Source: a virus
Taxonomy: Duplodnaviria > Caudoviricetes
Reading direction: 5' to 3' (one strand)
Virus record (IMG/VR): IMGVR_UViG_3300030450_002767
Span: 1-50,822 of that record
Length of the DNA stretch: 50,822 bases
Shown: in pieces, positions 47,511 through 50,822 of the stretch
How positions within the stretch are numbered: position 1 is the first letter of the stretch
Layout: every line of letters starts with the position of its first letter
Made by a program: the position numbers and the translations under genes
The notes under the pieces: model-generated
The model's database searches: none
Seen by the model: only the letters and a program-made list of their open reading frames with translations
Told to the model about the DNA's origin: nothing

Positions 47511-48184
47511 TAAGTCTGCTCTCCTTCAGGTTGTTTAGTTATTGGCATTCCATTTAATTGAGCTAACTCAACCATATACATTTGATTTAAAGTTTGAAGC
47601 TCCATTTGAATTACTTGAGCCAATTCAACATCTTCATCATCATGAAGTAACTTATTCATTTTATGTTGAATAACTCTAACAGCAGAACCTAAAACAACAG
47701 CATATTCAGCTTGGTCAGGAAAATTTGATATTGAGCTTGATGTATTTGATATAGTAGATGGAATTGCTAAGAAAAATAATTCTCCAGGTTCAGAAACAGT
47801 CGGAACTGGATAAATAAATAATTTAGCACCAGTAGCTGTTTGACCTTTTATATAGAAAACTGGGCTATTAATTGTAGGCTCATAAATACTTTTAGAATTT
47901 GCTTGAACTTTTGACTCCATTTCTAATGGAACCTCAACACAGCCAACTCCGTTTCTTAATACTTTACTTAGCTTCATATTAGTAACATCATAACCAGAAC
48001 TGCTATTTACAGTAGCTACTATATTATTTTGGTTAATGTATGAATCATCTAATACATCTAATACATTGCGTGCAGATTGAAGTAAGAAATTATCCAACAT
48101 AGTTGTATAATCTGCTTCTTCTTGAGCTGAATTGAATGAGCTTGCGCCAGCTAAGTTTTCTATTTGTACTCTAAAATTTGCCAT
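47510..48184 (-). CDS. Head-tail adaptor protein
   Basis: First gene after the capsid; LFIYPVP and FPDQAEYAVVLGSA motifs. Confidence 0.7.
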   Translation of the reverse strand: MANFRVQIENLAGASSFNSAQEEADYTTMLDNFLLQSARNVLDVLDDSYINQNNIVATVNSSSGYDVTNMKLSKVLRNGVGCVEVPLEMESKVQANSKSIYEPTINSPVFYIKGQTATGAKLFIYPVPTVSEPGELFFLAIPSTISNTSSSISNFPDQAEYAVVLGSAVRVIQHKMNKLLHDDEDVELAQVIQMELQTLNQMYMVELAQLNGMPITKQPEGEQT

Positions 48185-48196
48185 AGTTCCTCACAA

Positions 48197-48221
48197 GTGG
48201 GGAGCAAAAAGCGCTCCCCAC
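48197..48221 (-). terminator. GC-rich hairpin after the capsid gene (attenuator or terminator)
   Basis: GTGGGGAGC-7 nt-GCTCCCCAC; only a short T tail, so readthrough is likely. Confidence 0.7.
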
Positions 48222-48240
48222 CGTTGTTATTTTTCCGTTA

Positions 48241-49581
48241 TTACGGAGTAACCATTAAGGCATGGCTTTCGAGTAACGAAATACCAATACCTTCATCAGA
48301 CATATACTGGTCTTTAACACCATCATAGTCATTAGCCTGAATTGAGGCTTGAAACTGAGGCGCTCTGTATTGTGCGTGGAAAAGATTTTCCTCGTCAACA
48401 ATAAGCATATGTTTGCTGTAGTTATACCTTAAAGCAGGTGTTGGAATTAACTGAAGCATTCCATGAGGTGTTTCTAGCATTCTGTAATTGAATCCTAAAG
48501 AATCACGCTTCATGTCACCTAAGTTAACTGTCCAGCTTGAGCCTTTAGCCCAACCTGTATCAGCACTTCCACCGCCTTGCTTAGAAAAGAATCCTAAAGC
48601 ACCAGGGCCAACAAAAGCTTTTTTAACTCCTGCTGTTGGTACATATTGGAATATCTTTTCCATTGCGTCAACAAACTCTGGATATGTATCAATATCAGTT
48701 GAAGCAAATACGTTTTGAGCATCAACATCAGTTGATGTTCCGTATTTTTTCAATGCTGAAACAATACCCATTGTTGAACGAAGGGCTTTACCGCCTGCGT
48801 CTGCAACAGCTTCAATATCAGTAAAACCACCGCTTATTCCTTTTGGATTAGCTCCAAATAGAAAAGCTCTTTCTTTCTGTATTTTATGCTCTTGAGATTT
48901 CATTGTACGAAGTCTAGCTAACTCTTTAGACTCACCACGAAGCGAGGCTTCAAGAAGAGTACCCGTGATTTCCAAAGGTGTTTTGAAAATCTGAGTAGAG
49001 TTATAGACAACGGACAAATCATCAGACCATGCTTCTGGAGAGTTTGTTCCCTCACCGTGTGCGTTACCAATTACAGTAGCTACACAATCATCAGCAAAGT
49101 CAATACCGCCTGCATCGTATGAGTTTAATACTGTAATTACAACGCCAGGTTCGGTTCCGCCACCACCATCATCAAAATCAGAGTCATATGATTTAATAAC
49201 ACCCTGTCCTAACAAAACGCTAGCACTTGTTGCAATGTCAACTTCTAAGCCTATCCAGTGAGAGCCTGCACCACCAACATTAGAAGATGATTTTACTTTT
49301 AAAAGAGCAGAATCAGCACCAGGAGCAATATTTGCACTACCTGTACCTAATGTTAGAGTTTGGTTTACCCAAGGATTTCTGTGTTCAAACATTTTGAACG
49401 TAGGGTCACTCATACCAGAGATTGTATTTTGATTTGCAATCACAGTGGTAAAAGGCGTTACATCAGTCCAAAGTTCCTTAACAACATTCGGCTTGATATA
49501 GAAATCCCTTCTATCGGTGTATAATACACCACTACCGCCAAGATTCTTAGCGCCAGTATTTACACTTGCTACGTTTGCCAT
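48241..49581 (-). CDS. Major capsid protein (HK97 fold, DUF5309/SU10-like)
   Basis: NSTQIFKTPLEITGT, KERAFLFG, TMGI, TPHG and DGVKDQYMSDEGI motifs; follows the scaffold; strong SD. Confidence 0.9.
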   Translation of the reverse strand: MANVASVNTGAKNLGGSGVLYTDRRDFYIKPNVVKELWTDVTPFTTVIANQNTISGMSDPTFKMFEHRNPWVNQTLTLGTGSANIAPGADSALLKVKSSSNVGGAGSHWIGLEVDIATSASVLLGQGVIKSYDSDFDDGGGGTEPGVVITVLNSYDAGGIDFADDCVATVIGNAHGEGTNSPEAWSDDLSVVYNSTQIFKTPLEITGTLLEASLRGESKELARLRTMKSQEHKIQKERAFLFGANPKGISGGFTDIEAVADAGGKALRSTMGIVSALKKYGTSTDVDAQNVFASTDIDTYPEFVDAMEKIFQYVPTAGVKKAFVGPGALGFFSKQGGGSADTGWAKGSSWTVNLGDMKRDSLGFNYRMLETPHGMLQLIPTPALRYNYSKHMLIVDEENLFHAQYRAPQFQASIQANDYDGVKDQYMSDEGIGISLLESHALMVTP

Positions 49582-49594
49582 AGTAAGTTTTCCT

Positions 49595-50509
49595 TTATCG
49601 TTTGCTCTCCATCAAACCCATATTAAAGTAGTCTTCATCTGTGTACTGAGGCTCTGCCTTGCCAGAGGCTATACCTGCTGGAGTTGGAACCTTTGCCATT
49701 TCAGAACGACTTGCCATTGTTTGAGCTTTCTGTCGAGTAGCTACCTCTTGCTGTGAGGGAGCAGAACGCAACTTGTCTAGATTAACTAAGTTATCTAGAG
49801 TAATAGATTCAGGAGATGAATAGTATTCTACAAAATCTTGTGCTTTTTCTGGCGTATAGCCATATTCAGCAGTTAATTGACCTAACATAGCATTTTTATT
49901 TTGCTCTGCTTGGTAAGCATTTTGCCGTTCGGCAATCTCAGCTTCTTTTGCTTGTAACTGATTCATCGCAACAGCTTCACGCTGTTCTTGGTAGTCAATC
50001 ATGCCATCACGAAAGTCTTCCATTGCTAATCTATACTTATACGAGTCACTATCTGCATCCATTACAGATTCAGTAGCGTCATAGTTAGTTGGTTTGGTTG
50101 GACGAGTTGGTTTCTGTGGTAATTCCATAGATTTCTCTTGCGAGGGAACCCCTGGGTTATCACCAGAAAGTGAAGATGCTACTGACTTCAAAACATCTGG
50201 GTTAGATTGGATATACTCCGCAATTGGAGCAATCTTTTCATAATCTTCCAGTTTTTGACTCATATTATCAAATTCACTTGCCTTTTGGTCGTACCTTGAT
50301 TGCCAATACTGATAGCGCTGTTCTTCAGTGCCTTCTTCAATATTCTCTGGCATCTCCTCAACATTATTTTCGTTGAGGTGAGCTTGCTCCATTGGCTCAA
50401 GCTCAGTGGGTTCACTTACGTCATTTGTCTCAGCACCTTCATCCCACATGAGGTTTTCCTCTGGGATTGATGGGTCTTCAACAGCAATGACTTCTTGTTC
50501 TTCAATCAT
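49595..50509 (-). CDS. Capsid scaffolding protein
   Basis: Acidic low-complexity N-terminus, YWQSRYDQ coiled coil; between portal and capsid. Confidence 0.8.
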   Translation of the reverse strand: MIEEQEVIAVEDPSIPEENLMWDEGAETNDVSEPTELEPMEQAHLNENNVEEMPENIEEGTEEQRYQYWQSRYDQKASEFDNMSQKLEDYEKIAPIAEYIQSNPDVLKSVASSLSGDNPGVPSQEKSMELPQKPTRPTKPTNYDATESVMDADSDSYKYRLAMEDFRDGMIDYQEQREAVAMNQLQAKEAEIAERQNAYQAEQNKNAMLGQLTAEYGYTPEKAQDFVEYYSSPESITLDNLVNLDKLRSAPSQQEVATRQKAQTMASRSEMAKVPTPAGIASGKAEPQYTDEDYFNMGLMESKR

Positions 50510-50531
50510 CTTTTATCCTTTCCCCTATTCG

Positions 50532-50822
50532 TTATGTAACGGCAACAGGGTTTTGTTGGTTTGATTCGATTTCCCTAGTTTCTTCTTTGACCTTATTTAA
50601 TTCATCTCCTAATCTCATTTCAAACATACTCGATGCTTGCTCTGTTTTATTAGCTGACTTATTTAACTTGGTCTTGAATTTTTCTACTTCCACTCGTTTT
50701 CTATCATTTGTGGATTCTCTTTGAGCTGTTTGTAGGTCTCCCTCCAGCTCTTTAATTTTTCCTTCTTGTTCTTCAACTTGTGCTTGTAACTGTTGTAACA
50801 TACTTGTTCTCTTTAGAACGCC
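50532..50822 (-). CDS. Portal protein C-terminal coiled-coil part (continuation of 1-2067)
   Basis: In frame with 1-2067 through the terminal overlap; Q/E-rich coiled coil like the P22 portal barrel. Confidence 0.88.
   Translation of the reverse strand, partial: GVLKRTSMLQQLQAQVEEQEGKIKELEGDLQTAQRESTNDRKRVEVEKFKTKLNKSANKTEQASSMFEMRLGDELNKVKEETREIESNQQNPVAVT
50673..50822. repeat. Terminal direct repeat (circular-assembly overlap), right copy
   Basis: Same 150 nt as 1-150. Confidence 0.97.

Noticed and set aside
1-50822. Stop-codon reassignment as in some crAss-like phages; prophage or integration module
   Set aside because: Long genes are intact in the standard code and TAA, TAG and TGA all end genes; no integrase, repressor or host flanks were seen

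Overview
The window is a complete, circularly permuted genome (about 50,672 bp unique, with a 150-bp overlap at the two ends) of an AT-rich, podovirus-type tailed phage. I found no integrase, repressor or A/B-family DNA polymerase. The minus strand carries packaging genes (TerS candidate, TerL, and a P22-like portal split across the window ends), scaffold, major capsid, adaptors, a 2615-aa tail fibre, a lysis cassette, a metallophosphoesterase, a nozzle and ejection proteins. It also carries a 3184-aa giant protein with the ordered motifs of a two-barrel RNA polymerase (DG, KG, RxP, GADVDGD), which I call a candidate virion-packaged RNAP. The plus strand (5.3-18.5 kb) holds early and replication genes: a DUF6745-like pair, a MazG-like protein, a histone-fold protein, DUF932, Sak3-like annealase, an SSB-like protein, an AEP primase-helicase and a resolvase. 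These genes are interleaved with many structured non-coding elements: a GC-rich long hairpin at the strand switch, several RNA modules, a degenerate initiator-type tRNA(CAT) and a ~400-nt element closed by a perfect 14-bp stem. All calls come from motif recognition by eye; no database searches were run.
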